DNA from: Eledone cirrhosa
Taxonomy: Eukaryota
Assembly (NCBI GenBank): GCA_964016885.1
Contig: OZ024741.1
Span: 353,958,001 to 354,022,000 of the forward strand
Direction of reading: 5' to 3'
DNA: 64,000 bases
The notes below the pieces were generated by a model. The model was given only the letters and a program-made list of their open reading frames with translations, had not been told where the DNA came from and searched no databases. The translations under genes were made by a program, and so were the position numbers. This document shows, piece after piece, positions 41,888-56,942 of the stretch (position 1 is its first letter; every line of letters begins with the position of its first letter).

Positions 41888-42044
41888 GTGTGTGTCTGTG
41901 TGTGTGTGTGTGTCTGTGTGTGTGTGGGGGGGGCCGGGCAGAGCAGCCGGAACATTTACATCGAAAACAACTTAAAAGTCACTTAGCCACGGTCACATAG
42001 ATAAGACATGAAAGAAAGGAATTGAGAACTGAGTCTCTGAAGAT

Positions 42045-42400
42045 GGTGGGGGGGCGTTTGATAGTGGTGCTGGTGGTGGTGCTGGTGTTGGTTGTGGTGG
42101 TGGTGGTGGTGCTGCTGCTGGTGGTGGTGGTGGTGCAGGTACTGGTAATTATGATTATGGTGATGGTGTTGAATATAGTAATGGTGGCGATGATGGTAGT
42201 GGTTGTGGTCGTAGTGGTGGCGGTGGTGATAGTGTTGCTGGTGGTGGTGGTGGTGCTGCTGCTGCTGGTGCTGCTGCTGATGCTAGTGATGGTTGTGGTG
42301 GGGGTGGTGTTGGTGGTGTTGGTGGTGCTGGTGCTGGTGATAATGATGATGCTGATGATGATGGTAGTAGCGGTAGTGGTGGTGGTGGTGGTGCTGGTGA
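42045..42400. repeat. Degenerate (GGT/GCT/GAT)n trinucleotide tract; representative of dozens of (TA)n, (CA)n, (GA)n, (CATA)n, (ATT)n and (AAG)n microsatellites in the window
   Basis: Direct inspection. Confidence 0.9.
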
Positions 42401-45400
42401 AAGAGAGGAGAATAAAAATATAAAATAAATAGAAATAGATAGAAATAAAAGAAAAGAAAGATAACTTTAGCATCGTCATCTCTTTTGAACCATTCATGCT
42501 TTATGGCTACTTCTTAAAAATCCCCATTAACAGCTTTCTAATGACAATTTGTAATGCATTCCAGTCTCTACTTAATTGAAAGATTTTTTGGCATTTTATT
42601 ATCCTGTGCAAACAATGACATTAGCATACGAATATTTGACTAGAAGCGCTAGTAGAAATCGTCTCGTGAAACTAGAATCAGTCGTCCGATGAGTATAATG
42701 ACGTCTGTAAGTAAATTTGAAAATGGACCGATTTACTTTCAACTAAAAATCAAACAAGCGGCGATTGGTTGTTACGCGCGGAAATAACAGCATCAGAAAA
42801 CAAAATTAACACTTGTAAGAAATTGGAAATCAAACAGCAAACGTAAATATACAAGGTTAATTAAAGTCAAATTAGTATAAACAAATAATTCTTTCAAACA
42901 TTGGCACAAGTCCAGAAATTTATGGTTGGTGGTGGCAACGTCGATTAAATCGACCCCAATATTTAACTGGTACTTTATTTTATCGACCCCGGAAGGATGA
43001 AAGGCAAAGATTTATGTTCTGAGTTCAAAACTCTCGGCATAGTTTGAACTCAGAACGTAATAAATAGCAGAAAGCATTTTGTCTGACGCTCTCCGCGGAT
43101 ACTGTCACTTCACTACTCTTAATCTACTTATATATATAACCAGCAATTTCTCTGTCTGTCTGTCCGACAGTGGAAACACGTGCGTAGAGAGAGAGTGGGA
43201 GTGAAAGAAAGAGACAGACTACGAGAGGAGGCTAGCGGGAGGGGGAGAGAGAGAGAGTGAATAGACGCTAAAACACGTGCTATAGAAACATTACCTTCCC
43301 CTCTCCACTGACTTTGGTCACTGAGGCCGAGGGAATCGCTGGTTGCTATAGAGACACCTTGCACAAGCCAGAAGTAACCAGTTCGAGGCGGTTCTGACTT
43401 GATACCATGTGGTTTGAAGAAGGTTGCCATTGAATTTGTGGTTGTTGCTGCTGATAATAAGGACCATTTGAAGATTGCTGCTGATGAGGTAATTTATTAA
43501 TCAGATTACGCAGTTCCATAACCTACGTTTGATTTGTTCAATTTTTTTCTTCAATTTTTTTTGTTGTTTTTTTTTATTTCTTATTGAAAAAATATAAATA
43601 ATAAAATAAATTTAGAAATTTAAATACAATTAAATACGATTTAATTTCCATTTCCAGCAGCCAATGTCGAGTGTTCAATTTCATGAAAAAATTGGAAATA
43701 ATTCAAAAAATTGAAGTTTAACTTTTGAACATTTGTTTTGACAATAAAAAAATATTTCCTTATTCACACCTAATGGTATGATTAAAATTTCATAGGAATA
43801 TTTTTTTCTAACCGCCAGTTATTTAAATATTATTAAAAATAAATTTTTTTTTTAAAAGAATGGAAAATTTTGTGGATTTTTTTTACCACCTTCCAAACAC
43901 TAATTCTCGCGAATTTGTGTTTTGTAATGACCCTCAGGACGCTGCTATTGTTGATTCCAATAGTGCCTGGTATTCGAATATGTTAGTATACAATTTTTTG
44001 AATAAAATTAAGGCGCAATTAGAGCTGCCAAACAAAATGTTTTTCGGCTTCGGCCCATATTATATATATATATAATGGGGATGATGATGATGATATACAT
44101 AGTTACATATGTATATGTAATCTCCTTATAATATATAACCAGCAATTTCTCTGTCTGTCTGTCCGACAGTGGAAACACGTGCGCGCGTGCGAATGTTTTT
44201 TGCGCACGCGTAGAGAGAGGGAGTGAGAGTGAAAGAAAGAGACAGACTACGAGAGGGGGATAGCGGGAGGGAGAAAGGGAGAGAGAGAGAGAGTGAATAG
44301 ACGCTAAAACACGTGCGCGCGTGCGAATGGTTTTTGCGCACGCGTAGATAGAGAGTGAGAGTGAAAGAAAGAGACAGACTACAAGAGGGGGATAGCGGGA
44401 GGGAGAGGGGGGAATTGAGGAGTGCTACAGAAACATATATATATTTCTGTGTGTGTGTAATATATATATACACACACAGAAATATATATATATACACACA
44501 GAAATATATATACATTTCTGTGTGTGTAATATATATATATATACACACAGAAATATATATACATTTCTGTGTGTGTAATATATATATATACTAGCAGAAA
44601 ACCACTCGGTGGGTAGTTTTCTGCTAGTCTACTTATATATATAACCAGCAATTTCTCTGTCTGTCTGTCCGACAGTGGAAACACGTGCGTAGAGAGAGAG
44701 TGAGAGTGAAAGAAAGAGACAGACTACGAGAGGGAGATAGCGGGAGGGAGAGAGTGAATAGACGCTAAAACACGTGCTACAGAAACATTACCTTCCCCTC
44801 TCCACGAACTTTGGTCACTGAGGCCGAGGGAATCGCGCTGAGCGCGTCATAATGACGTAATGCAGACAGCCAGACATACAGACAGATATTATAAGGGCGC
44901 AACGTTATATCTATGTATCTATCTAAAAAGAAAGACTAAGAATTATATAGAGAGAACGCTAAATCGCCTAATGCGGTCCCTAGAGCATTGAAAATTTGAA
45001 ATAATTTTTGCTCAAACACTCACAGGACCATAAGTATTACATGTCTAAAGTTTGAAAACAATCGGTTGGATGGTTCTCAAGTTTTAGTGAGCTGACAGAC
45101 ATTCTCTGTTTTAGATATATAGACTAGCAGAAAACCGCCCCGGGTGGTTTTCTGCTAGTCTATATTACTAAAACAGAGAATGTCTGTTTGTCTGTCTGTC
45201 TGTACAATCACTAAAACTCGAGAACCACCCAACCGGTTGTTTTCAAACTTTACACATGTAATACTTATGGTCCTATTGAGTATTCTAGGCAAAAAGAAAT
45301 TCTAATTTTCAATGCCCTTGGGACCGCATTAGGCGATTTAGCGATCTCCTTCTCTCTCTCAGTCTTTCTCTTTTTAGATAGATACATAGATATTACGTTG

Positions 45401-45599
45401 CGCCCTTATAATATCTGTCTGTATGCCTGGCTGTCTGCATTACGTCATTATGACGCGGTGTGTGTGGGTGTGTATGTATATATAGTGTGTAACGCTTTTC
45501 GAAATATTTACTTCTGCGGTCACAGATTTATTATTTTAGTTTCAGAAGATCCCGTTAAAGGTGAAAGCAGCGATTCTTTGTTTAAACTTTAATCATTTA

Positions 45600-46240
<641 letters not shown>

Positions 46241-47162
46241 TATATATATATATATATCCGTGTACAGATATGTTTACATACACATATAAGCAAAAGTATT
46301 TATTTCGCGATAAAGTATTGATTTTCTTCGAACGGAAAAACACCCCGGTAATGTACGACGAACTTTTTTTATAAGTACAAAATGTAGACACCAACCCGAG
46401 GCCGAGGTATGCCGTACTTCTCTGTACTGTTATTTACATATTCGTGTACAGATATTTTAGCATACACAATAACAAAATATAAACAAACGTATTTACTTCA
46501 CGAGGCTCGAGAAGGATAAATATATATCAAATATATAAGAACCCTAGAGCAAATCCCGAGCAACGCCGGGCCATTGTGCTAGTCTTAACTATACTAAAGA
46601 AAGGAGTGCGGCATTGCGTCCAGAATATATATTTTTTACGCCGTTTGAAAAATAAGTTGGATTACTTTGAATAAATAATGAATGAATATTACATAATTTA
46701 TGTACTAAATTTCGTGGCTGTTGATTAAATATATTTTATAGCTTATTTAAAGATTCACTTCTTTAAAATTTTCAAATGTCAACACTTCCGGTTAGCGGTC
46801 GTTATATTATAACACTTATAAAAATATCGCATATATTTCCGTCGCTAATTTTCTCCTAATGCAGTTTATATATAATATCGTCTTTTTTTAAATGTATCAT
46901 GGATTACGTTACTGATTACAGAAGACACTGTAACATAGACTTCGTTCAATTTCTGTGTATATTGTCAATTACGATTTTATTTGATGTATCATATCTACAT
47001 GCATATATATTTGTGTATAATATCAATATACACACTAGACATGCTAGCATAAAACTACCCGAGGCTGGTTTTTCTGCTAGTAATTTCTAATTTAGGCAGA
47101 GTGCTTGTAATTTGGGGGTAGGGGTAAGTCTATTATATGGACACTAATACTTTACTGGTGAA

Positions 47163-47485
47163 GGTGCGTGGCATTGTGGTTAGGGTTTTCAACTCACAAT
47201 CGTAAGATCGTGAGTTCGATTCCCGGCGACGCGTTGTGTCCTTGAGCAAGAGACTTTATTTCACGCTGCTCCAGTCCACTCAGCTGGCAAAAATGAGTTG
47301 TACCTGTAGTTCGAAGAACCAGCCTTATCACACAATGTGACACACTGAATCTCCCTGAGAATAACGTAAATTGTACGCGTGTCTGTGGAATGCTCAGCCA
47401 CTTGCACGTTAATTTCACGAGCAGGTTGTTCCGTTGGTCGAATCAACTGGAACAGTCGTCGTCGTAACCGACGGAGTGCCTCCAA
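47163..47485 (+). mobile_element. SINE family 2, near full length
   Basis: tRNA-like head (GTGGCATTGTGGTTAGG..GAGTTCGATTCCC), TGTGTCCTTGAGCAAGA core; other copies at ~26350-26670, 35430-35575, 36620-36740 (-) and 49270-49510, 49550-49790 (+). Confidence 0.85.
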
Positions 47486-49939
47486 TATTTTACTTTTACT
47501 TTATTTTATCGACCTCGAAAGATTGAAAGGTAAATTTGACCTCGGCGTAATTTGAACTTGGAACCTAATAAACTAGAACAAATAATTACCCCAGTGCATT
47601 ACTGGTGCTTTATTTTATCGACTCCGTAAGGATGAAAGGCAAAGTTAACCTCGGCGGGATTTAAACTCAGAACGTAAAGGGCCATAACTCTATGCTGCAA
47701 AGCCTGATGTCTGACGCTCTACCGATACTGCAAATCCACATAGAGCAAATAATTGTTTCTACTTATTGGCACAAGACCAGCAATTACCCAGTGTATTACT
47801 GGTACTTTATTTTATCGACCTCGTAAGGCAAAGTTAACCTCGAGCAAATAATGGTTTCTTATATAGGCACAAGGTCGGCAATTTGGGGGGAGAGGAAAGT
47901 CGAGAAATCAATATGTTGGCTAAAGTCACATACAGTGATGAAATTCAAACTGTTAAACTTTTGAGAAAGAGAATGAGAGAGTATTTGTGTATGTGTGTAT
48001 TTGTGTGTGAGTGTGTGTGTGTGTAAGAGAGAGAGGGAGAGATAGAGATAGAGAGAGATAGCGTGTGTGTGTGTGTGTGTGTGTGTTTGTATGCATGCGT
48101 GTGTGCGTGTGTGTGTGTGTGTATTACAGTTATTGTTTAGCCAAGGTTATCCTTCATCGTGCTGACATAGTATTATACAATTTCTTTTTACAGGACATAG
48201 TATATTCAGGACTGAACTCCCTAATGTGTCCTTTTTTTTGTAAATAATGGGGTGTAATTTAAGGGATATATGGAGGGGTTAAAACTAAAGAGAGTGAAAG
48301 AAGAATATAGAAGGCATGATAAAAAGCATTTTTCCTCGCTCTTGAAGTACGAACTTCAGTAAATCATTCTTTTCTATATTTCACTTCTATATCTCAATAA
48401 CTTTTCTGTTCGCTAGTTTTTATATTTATTTTACTATTCTGTTGCGCATTTCCTTTTTATTATATATTTATATATTTGCTTCGTGGGATTGTACTTACCA
48501 AAAAAAGAGAAAAAAGCTATTGCGACCATATTCCGTCAACAGCCAATATAATGCAATTTCCATCAGTCTTTGGATATGTCAGAGCAATATTTGGCAATAT
48601 TTATCCAAAGAATTTTTTCGTATTGGGTCGATATTTTTTATTTCCGCCTCAATAAATAACTCAGACAGTTCATGATCAATATCATGTGACTTCAGTTCTC
48701 TTTTTCATAAAGGGTGTTTGCTTTGTTTTTTGTTGTTGTTATTTTCTTTTTCTTTTTTCTGTTTTTTGTTCTCCTTCGAATCAAGCCGTGTCAGTGATCA
48801 TATTTCGTTTATCGGTTGGAAACATTTCAACTCATTCATATCATTAACACCCTCGGAAAATGCAAAAATACCAATATGACCCATTTTTCCTCATTTTAAC
48901 ATCCTAATGCTTCATATCTATATACGAAATAATATTTAAGAGATAAAGCCCTGCTAATCTTAGTCCGTGATTCACTTTCAACTCTCACAAAAACTTTTGG
49001 TAAAACTGTTAACATTATAACTTTCCATTTCACAATTCTTTGCATTATGGATTGGCAGTATTGGTAGAGAGTCGGACGCCATGCTTTGACGCATAGAGTT
49101 ACGACCCTTGCCATTCTGAGTTCAAATCCCGCCGAGGTCAACTTTGCCTTTCATCCTTACGGGGTCGATAAAATAAAGTACCAGTAATTCACTGGGTTAT
49201 TGCTGGCCTTGTGCCAAAAGTAGAAACAATTATGTCTGGTAGCCAGTAAAACTTCAATCAGTGATTAGAGGGGTTGGCGGTATGTTGTGTCCTTGATCAA
49301 GACACTTTATTTCATGTTGCTCCAGTTCACTCAGCTAGGGAAAATATGTTGTGCCTGTAATTCAAAGGGCCTACTTTGTCAAGCTAAATCTACATGAGAT
49401 TTATGCAACGGGTACACCTGTCTGTGGAATTCTCAGCTACTAACAGATTCATTTCAGGAGCAGGTCGTTCCGTTGTTCGAACAACTGGAACACGCATCGT
49501 CGGAACCGTCTACCATCTAATTAATAATAAAATTATCATTGGTAAATATGTGGAGACGCGTGGCTTAGTGATAAGGGTGTTAGACTTACAATCATAATGT
49601 TGTAGGTTCGATTCCTGGGCTGGGTTGCGTATTGTGTTCTTGAACAAAACACTTCATTTCACGTTGCTCTAGTATACTCAACTGAAAATGAGTACCAGCA
49701 ATATCTGGGGGTTTAACCCTGCGATGGACAGTCTTGTACTCTCAGTCGCTTCACGCTATGAAACCGGAATAAGTACCGGTTTAAAACAGACTTAAATTTT
49801 GATAAATATGTGGTGAATGTCGTGCCAAAAGATAATTTACCATCGAAAGTAAAGGGTAGAAATATGAATATACGATGTTCAGACGTTTCCTAGATTTATT
49901 CATGGTGTAGCAAATCAAAATGTAATTGTGAAATAGATC

Positions 49940-51600
49940 ATCATCGGCTTCGTCTATGTGTGTTCTAGTTGTTCGATCAACACAAAGGGTTTATAAACGA
50001 ATATTTTTGTTTCATCGTTGATATGTTTTTGTGGCCAAACCCGAGACTCTAAACTACCAAACGATTTGCTGCCTTTTGAATCCTTAAAAATATTTCTGAA
50101 ACCAATGTTCCATCTTTATCCTAAGGAATATGAAGGATTCAACAACCTTAAGAAGATTACCCCTCACATATATTTTTAGTTGATGCACAACTTGACCGGA
50201 TGTATGCTCTGCATGACTGACAAGGTCACAGTCAACAGCATACAGTAGGTCTCTTATTAGTGAGAGGAATACTTTGCTCTTATATTTCATCCTTGCTAAA
50301 TTTAAGACATCTCCCGTGGTACGATATCTTACATATACCCCTTCATTGTTGAATTGGAAAGCATGATAGAGAATGGTAGCAAAATATATTGCAAAGCGAG
50401 CTGGTGCATCAAGTCCTACCTGTTTCAAATAACTTTATACTATAAAGGGCTCAGAGAGTGTGCTCCAAAGTTAAGTCTGGCTTCTATGCCTTTATGAAGA
50501 GCTTTTCAATATATTTACAGACTTTTGATAACATCCAAGTCTAGACAAAACCTGCCAGAAGGAATTCCTATTTACAGTGTCGAATGCCTTACTAAGATCA
50601 ACAAAACAATGGTAGAGGGCGAGATTCTGTTCGATGTATTTTACCTGCAGTTATAGGATTGTGAAAATTATTTTCTTAGTGCCTCTTTTCGTATGAAAAC
50701 CAAATTGTGATACTGATATGACTCTTGGTACTATGAACTTATTAATCCGTTCCAATAAACACGTGCTAGAACTTTACCGACAACAAATAATAATTACTAC
50801 ATTGGTCTTTGACACAGAATTTGAAAAGGGAGATCAAGATAGCACCATCTCAGTCTTGCGATAACTCCTCCTTCCTCCAACAATTGGATATTAATGTGTG
50901 TAAACGTTTTACCATTGTCTTACCTCCATACTTGAGAAGTTGAGCATTAATACTATCCAGACCAGGATATTTATTGAAACTTAGTTTTTGTACAGCAGAA
51001 GCAATGTCACTTCTAATTGGTTCTGACACTATTTCATCTACAATTGGGTAACTTTCCATTGATTCAATAATATTTATGTTGACATCAGAGGGCAAGTTAA
51101 GGAGGCCAGTTGGAAACAATATCAGTCAAGAGTGCTGACCCTCTGCAATTCTTACAGTTGCTATTGAAGGGAATTATGGATCATATACTTCTTTAATGTA
51201 GGAGAAAATGCCTTAGTATCCTTGTGCTTGTTTGGCTTTGTTCTACTACCATTGTTATTTGATATTCCCCAAATTTATTTTGTACCTTTCTTTTTAGTCA
51301 CTTATACGAGTCATTAGAATTAGGATTGATTGATTGAGAGAGGTTTTGACACACTTTGATTGTCACATGAGCAACAAATGCGGTTGACCTCTTTAGTCTT
51401 TGAATCAAATTGTACACATATTCCAGCAAGCGTTTCAAAGTGTTTAACCTTCTTGGAGTACGTACCAAACCAGAATGTTAACCTATCGCCCCCAAGCCTA
51501 TATTGCCAATTCTGTTTGAAACATTTCAAATGGCTTCAATGCACATTTTAAGATTACCGCCAACCACACAGCTGATGCTAACCGAACTTGTAGAGAGCAA
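49940..51600 (-). pseudogene. Degenerate RTE-clade LINE ORF (RT domain)
   Basis: KYPGLDSINAQLLKYGG..CFVDLSKAFDTVNR..YRTTGDVLNLARMK..IRDLLYAVDCDL; multiple stops and frameshifts. Confidence 0.85.
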
Positions 51601-51692
51601 GAAGTACCAATACTGTTGAGCATATTTTGAGTGAACATAGTTTCCACAGAACTACACTCAAATTTTACAACAAGACTGAGTTATTACTTGTG

Positions 51693-51828
<136 letters not shown>

Positions 51829-51906
51829 CTGAGTAATATCGGGGAAAAGGGAAATGACAATTAAAAAAAGACTCAATATATTGGCAGAGTGTAAGCATCA
51901 TTATTT

Positions 51907-52025
51907 AATATACAAATGACTTCTACAAGACTAGAACTGTTTCATTCGTATGAAATCATCAGAACATTCCTGATGATTTCATACGAATGAAACAATTCTA
52001 GTCCTGTAGAAGTCATTTCTATATT
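51907..52025. repeat. Short fold-back whose arms begin at a hammerhead core
   Basis: 51914-51962 inverted against 51970-52018; CTGATGA-tttc atac gaat-GAAA-caattc-TA-gtc; 5' strand of stem I is missing. Confidence 0.7.
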
Positions 52026-52407
52026 CTACATATACATATATACACACACACACACATATATATATATATGGGTGTTGTTCATTTCTATTACTGATTCAAC
52101 TGTACATATACACATATAAATGGAGGAAGGAAGATTAATACAAAAGTCTTTAAAATCTCACGGAGACAAGCAAACAGACGATCAAACTCATGATAAAATA
52201 TTATGGAAAGCCACGGACGCACATCGACGCACACGGATGCTCACGAGTGCATACGTCGTTCAGAGATTAACGATAACTCAAATACATACAAGCAAATATA
52301 TATCTTCATACATAAATATGTGTATTAGTGTATATATGTGTGCACGCGTGTATGAGTGTGTGTACGCGTGCATACACACATAAACACACACGCGCATGTA
52401 TATATAT

Positions 52408-52563
<156 letters not shown>

Positions 52564-52914
52564 GCCGAAATACATATAAATTGATGGTAATGATAATGAC
52601 ATTCTAAAGGACACAATTACACACACTAGAGCATTGCCAAAAGTACACATATACTGTATGTCTACATTATCATTTCTATATATAATGAATATTATAAAAT
52701 TTATACATATATTTACATACATATACATATATACATATAAAGTTATAGATAGTTAATGAAATAGTTGTCTAAATATCGATAAAAGGAAAATAAAACTCTT
52801 CTCATCCCCCCCCCCCCCCCCATATCAGATAAGAAAATAATACTAACATCATTTAACAAATGAAGAGGAAACTACCAAGCTAAATAGTCGCCATTCCGGT
52901 ACCACTGGTATCTG

Positions 52915-53268
52915 AGCAGAACGCCTGAGGAAAACACCATAGGAAACATTTTATGGACAGAGACAAATCGTCAAGAGAGCCAGAAGTAGACCAAGAACAA
53001 GATTGTTAGATAACATCCATAATCTCGTGTGGTCTCGCTTGGGGATCCAACCGAATCATTTAGGGACTGTTCCTTCTGACAGGAGCCTCTCTGTCTGAGA
53101 AGGCGATGTCTGATGACTCTGACCCCACGACCTTATCAGGCAAGAAGAAGAAGAAGAAGAAGAAGAAGAAGAAGAAGAAGAAGAAGAAGAAGAAGAAGAA
53201 GAAGAAGAAGAAGAAGAAGAAGAAGAAGAAGAAGAAGAAGAAGAAGAAGAAGAAGAAGAAGAAGAAGA
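52915..53268 (+). mobile_element. RTE-like LINE 3' end with long (AAG)n tail
   Basis: Similar to the 3' end at 38830-39060 (..AGACCAAGAACAAGATTGTTAGATAACATCCATAATCTC..GGGGATCCAACCG..GACCCCACGACC). Confidence 0.65.
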
Positions 53269-53618
53269 AACAACAACAACAACACTGTAAATGCTACTAG
53301 GAGGTTAAAAAAAAATAAACTGTCTGGCGTTTTAAAAAACAGTTTGAATTGCTTTGAATTAGATTCCCATTGTCTACACAACTCTTGGTTTTATGCTGAT
53401 TCGTACGAAAGAAAGGAAACAAAAATGGAGGAAGAAAAGGAAACTATGTATTTGTTACTTTGTGCAAATTGCAACATATATATAGATGATGGCTATAATT
53501 TTCTGAAATTGGTCTACTTATCTTGACCGAATTCTGCAAAGATTATTTTGGTAAGTTCCCAGAATTGAAGATAAGTAGTTTTGTATTTTGAGTATGGATG
53601 TGATATATACATACATAC

Positions 53619-53662
<44 letters not shown>

Positions 53663-53849
53663 ATGAAACCAGAAAAACACACACATGTGTGTGTTCTTCT
53701 GGTTTCATTATTTTATAAATTTTTACCAATAGAGAGGGCGGGTTTCCAACATAAACACATGACCCTTTCATTGGAATTTAGACATCAAATATTATGTATG
53801 TCTGCATACGTATGTATGTGTGTGAGTGTGTATGTGTGTGTGTATGTGT

Positions 53850-53971
<122 letters not shown>

Positions 53972-54169
53972 GTATGGATGTTATTGTATGTGTGGATCTG
54001 TAAGCTTCGAGTTATGTGTGTACACGTGCATATGTTTTGTAGCTGTACATGTGTACATGCAGTTAATAATTACAGAATTTTTGGAATGTTTTACATATTT
54101 TTACAGTTTCATTAATGAATTCTACTAGTCATGTTCTTTCTTGTTCTGTATGTATGTATGTGTGTGTGT

Positions 54170-54209
<40 letters not shown>

Positions 54210-54819
54210 GTGTGCGTGTGTGTGCGTGTGTGTACGAATGTATGCATGCATGTATGTAAATATGTTGGGTCGCTCTTCAACGCTACTCATAATAACATGT
54301 AACCCAGTACAACCTGTGCCTGATCGGGTCGTCTGCAACTAAACCTGCATCCCCATCAAGCTTGCTTCGTGAGGAGGTTGATTCTGGACAGCCTGCGGGA
54401 TGATAAACAAGACCTGTGGAATGTCGGAGGAACTAAAGAGAGTTAACTGCCATCCAATTTTTTTTTATGTGGAGCGAGAGACTCCTAGTCTGCATTAAGA
54501 CATCTCTCTGGGAGAAAGTCACTCTGATATAAAACCTGCGACTTCATTTGCATCCAATGATATAAACCAGTTATTCTTTTAGGGCAAATGCATTCGTTGT
54601 TCAGAGAGTAGGATTGGCCATGTGCTAACGTTTCGTCACTTTAAAAAGCTACAAGCACAGTCATCGCTTGATATGTGACATTTTCTTGCGATGCATGGTG
54701 TTGCTGGCCACAGGCAAGTCCCTAGCAGGACTAAAATGCCACATCCATGATGCTCATGCTTAAATATGAAGCGATGGCATTACTCGAAATCGAATTGCAG
54801 CCATCATGTGTGGATGTGG

Positions 54820-54911
<92 letters not shown>

Positions 54912-54913
<2 letters not shown>

Positions 54914-54985
54914 CAAGAAAGAAGAGTGACATGGTTTGCTATACAATAAGGGCTTTATTCACATTGCTGACAATTGTTTCTCTGA
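54912..54985 (-). mobile_element. pLTR 3' fragment related to the 28343-30416 PLE
   Basis: GAAACAATTGTCAGCA..AATAAAGCCCTTATTGTATAGC..CCATGTCACTCTTCTTTCTT resembles 30176-30242; abuts (TA)n. Confidence 0.7.
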
Positions 54986-55747
54986 ACTGGTAGGTCTAGA
55001 GATCGCTACCCGCCTGTTTTTGCGGGAATACACATGCCTGTGTATTCCCTCCATTCTCGCACGCTCTCATGAACTGACTGGTTATAACAAAGTATTGGTG
55101 ATCGATTGACGCAAAAACAGGCGGGTAGCGAGCGATCTCTAGAAAAAAAAAAAAAAAAAGCCTTCGTGAGCTCCTTTTTTTAAGTAAAAAGAAATTCAAA
55201 CACACACACACACCACACACACAAGCACACAAATAAACATACATATCTTTACTTTCTTTATTTCAATAGAAAATCTGAATTCTGACACCCCAGCGCACCA
55301 ACCATATTCACTGAATCAGAACAATTCTCCCATCCCATTTCTCTTGACCATTATCTTTTGCATGTCATAAAATTCTCTGAAAAGGCTACAGAATAAATTT
55401 CGAAATATGGGCGCGAAATTTAATGAAAACTTGTTCACGTGACAGCCATAATTTCATTTATAACCAATCAAATTACGTTTATTTAAAAAAAAGCCTTCGT
55501 GAGCCCCTTTTTTAAGTAAAAAGAAATTCAAACACTCATATATGAAAAAACAACCTGAGCCCCCCCCCCCTTGTTTGAAGAACTGTGTAACGCGAACTGG
55601 CGCGAAATTTATTATAATTATTGACCAACCAATCAAGTTACTTCTCAAAAACCTGGCGTTTAGAGCCACTTTTTTCCATATAAAACAAGTAACATTCAAA
55701 GACCAACCAGATGTGAGAAAAACCACAGACCTTCCATCTCAACTCTA

Positions 55748-55783
55748 CTTTTGAAAAGCAGAAGAACTGCGAAACCGGTAAAG
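55748..55783 (+). ncRNA. Minimal type I hammerhead, U3-A8 variant (best-preserved family A copy; element 55710-55920)
   Basis: ctt-TTGAAAA-gcag aagaa ctgc-GAAA-ccgg-TA-aag. Confidence 0.65.
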
Positions 55784-55924
55784 GAACCAAATAAATTTTT
55801 TTTTTTTAAATAAGACTCCAGTTGCATTTTCGATTTCATCTTTTTTTCTTTATACTTTCACTCGTGTAGGACACTTCGGTTATTTTTCACTTTGTAAAAA
55901 AAAACCCTCACTTTCTAATATATA

Positions 55925-56942
55925 TACCCTCCTACTGTTTTTAGAAACTTCGTAAATAATATCAGTACTAGAATCTCTAACCTCTCCTCTAATAAAGCAA
56001 TCTTTGACAGAGCGGCCCCCTACTATAGCACGGCGTTAGCTATCAGCGGCTTCTCGCAACCAATTACTTACTCCCCCTCTAACACCAGCAGCAATAAGAA
56101 AAGAAATCGTAACAATAGACAAACTATCTGGTTCTCTCCTCCCTTTTTACTCAACGTTAAAACTAATGTAGGAAAAAAATGTTAGCCCTCTTAGATAGAT
56201 ACTTTCCCATAGCTCACAAATGCCACTCCACCTTTAACAGACACAGAGTAGAACTAGGGTACTCCTGTGCTAAGAATATGAAGGCCCACATCACCAACAG
56301 TCCTAAGAGCGGCACCCCACCAGGATGCTCTTGCCGAAAGCCTGAAGCTTGTCCCCTTCAACAGCAATGCAACACGCCCGCTTTAGTTTATGAAACTGTG
56401 GTCACTTCCAACCGACCAAATCAACCACCGGAAGTCAAAACCTCTGTGGGTATGGCGGAGGGCCGATTTAAGGAACGCTTCCTCAACCATCAAGGACTCA
56501 GGTATAGACTACTCCATTCAATGGAAAGCCATCACTAAGTCCAAGCCATACGCAAGGGGCAATCCGTCTTGTGGACTGTGTATTGAAGAATGGATAAATA
56601 TTCTAAGGAGATTACGCAATAGCGTTTGCCTAAATTCAAGAAATGAAATCTTCTAACGTTGTCCACATGTCTGGAAACACCTCTTGCATAACTACAAAGC
56701 TCCGGGTTGAATACCAACAACATTCTAATTTTCTAATCAACTCGAACATTTTATTTCGGACATTCGCAGTTATCTCCCTTACACTTTTCGCCCGTGGTTT
56801 TGTTTCGCTTTGATGAAGTAACCGCTTCTGCCCATGTGCGTTCATACGGTTCTTCTTCCTGTTTCGTATAACCATTACCAGTCCAAGCTGAAGATCCGCA
56901 TAATTGTTCTCAGTATGGTGAACTAACTGTTGTGTTACTACA
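55925..56942 (+). mobile_element. 5'-truncated Penelope-like element (RT thumb, linker, GIY-YIG, 3'UTR/pLTR)
   Basis: PPTVFRNFVNNISTRISNLSSNKAIFDRAAPYYSTALAISGF..IWFSPPF..FNRHRVELGYSC..CSCRKPEACPLQQQC..LVYE..VGMAEGRFKERFLNH..CGLCIEE..LNSRNEIF*RCPH; ends in (TA)n. Confidence 0.9.

Noticed and set aside
47163-47235. tRNA gene-like sequences here and at other SINE heads
   Set aside because: They continue into repeated SINE bodies and lack a complete cloverleaf
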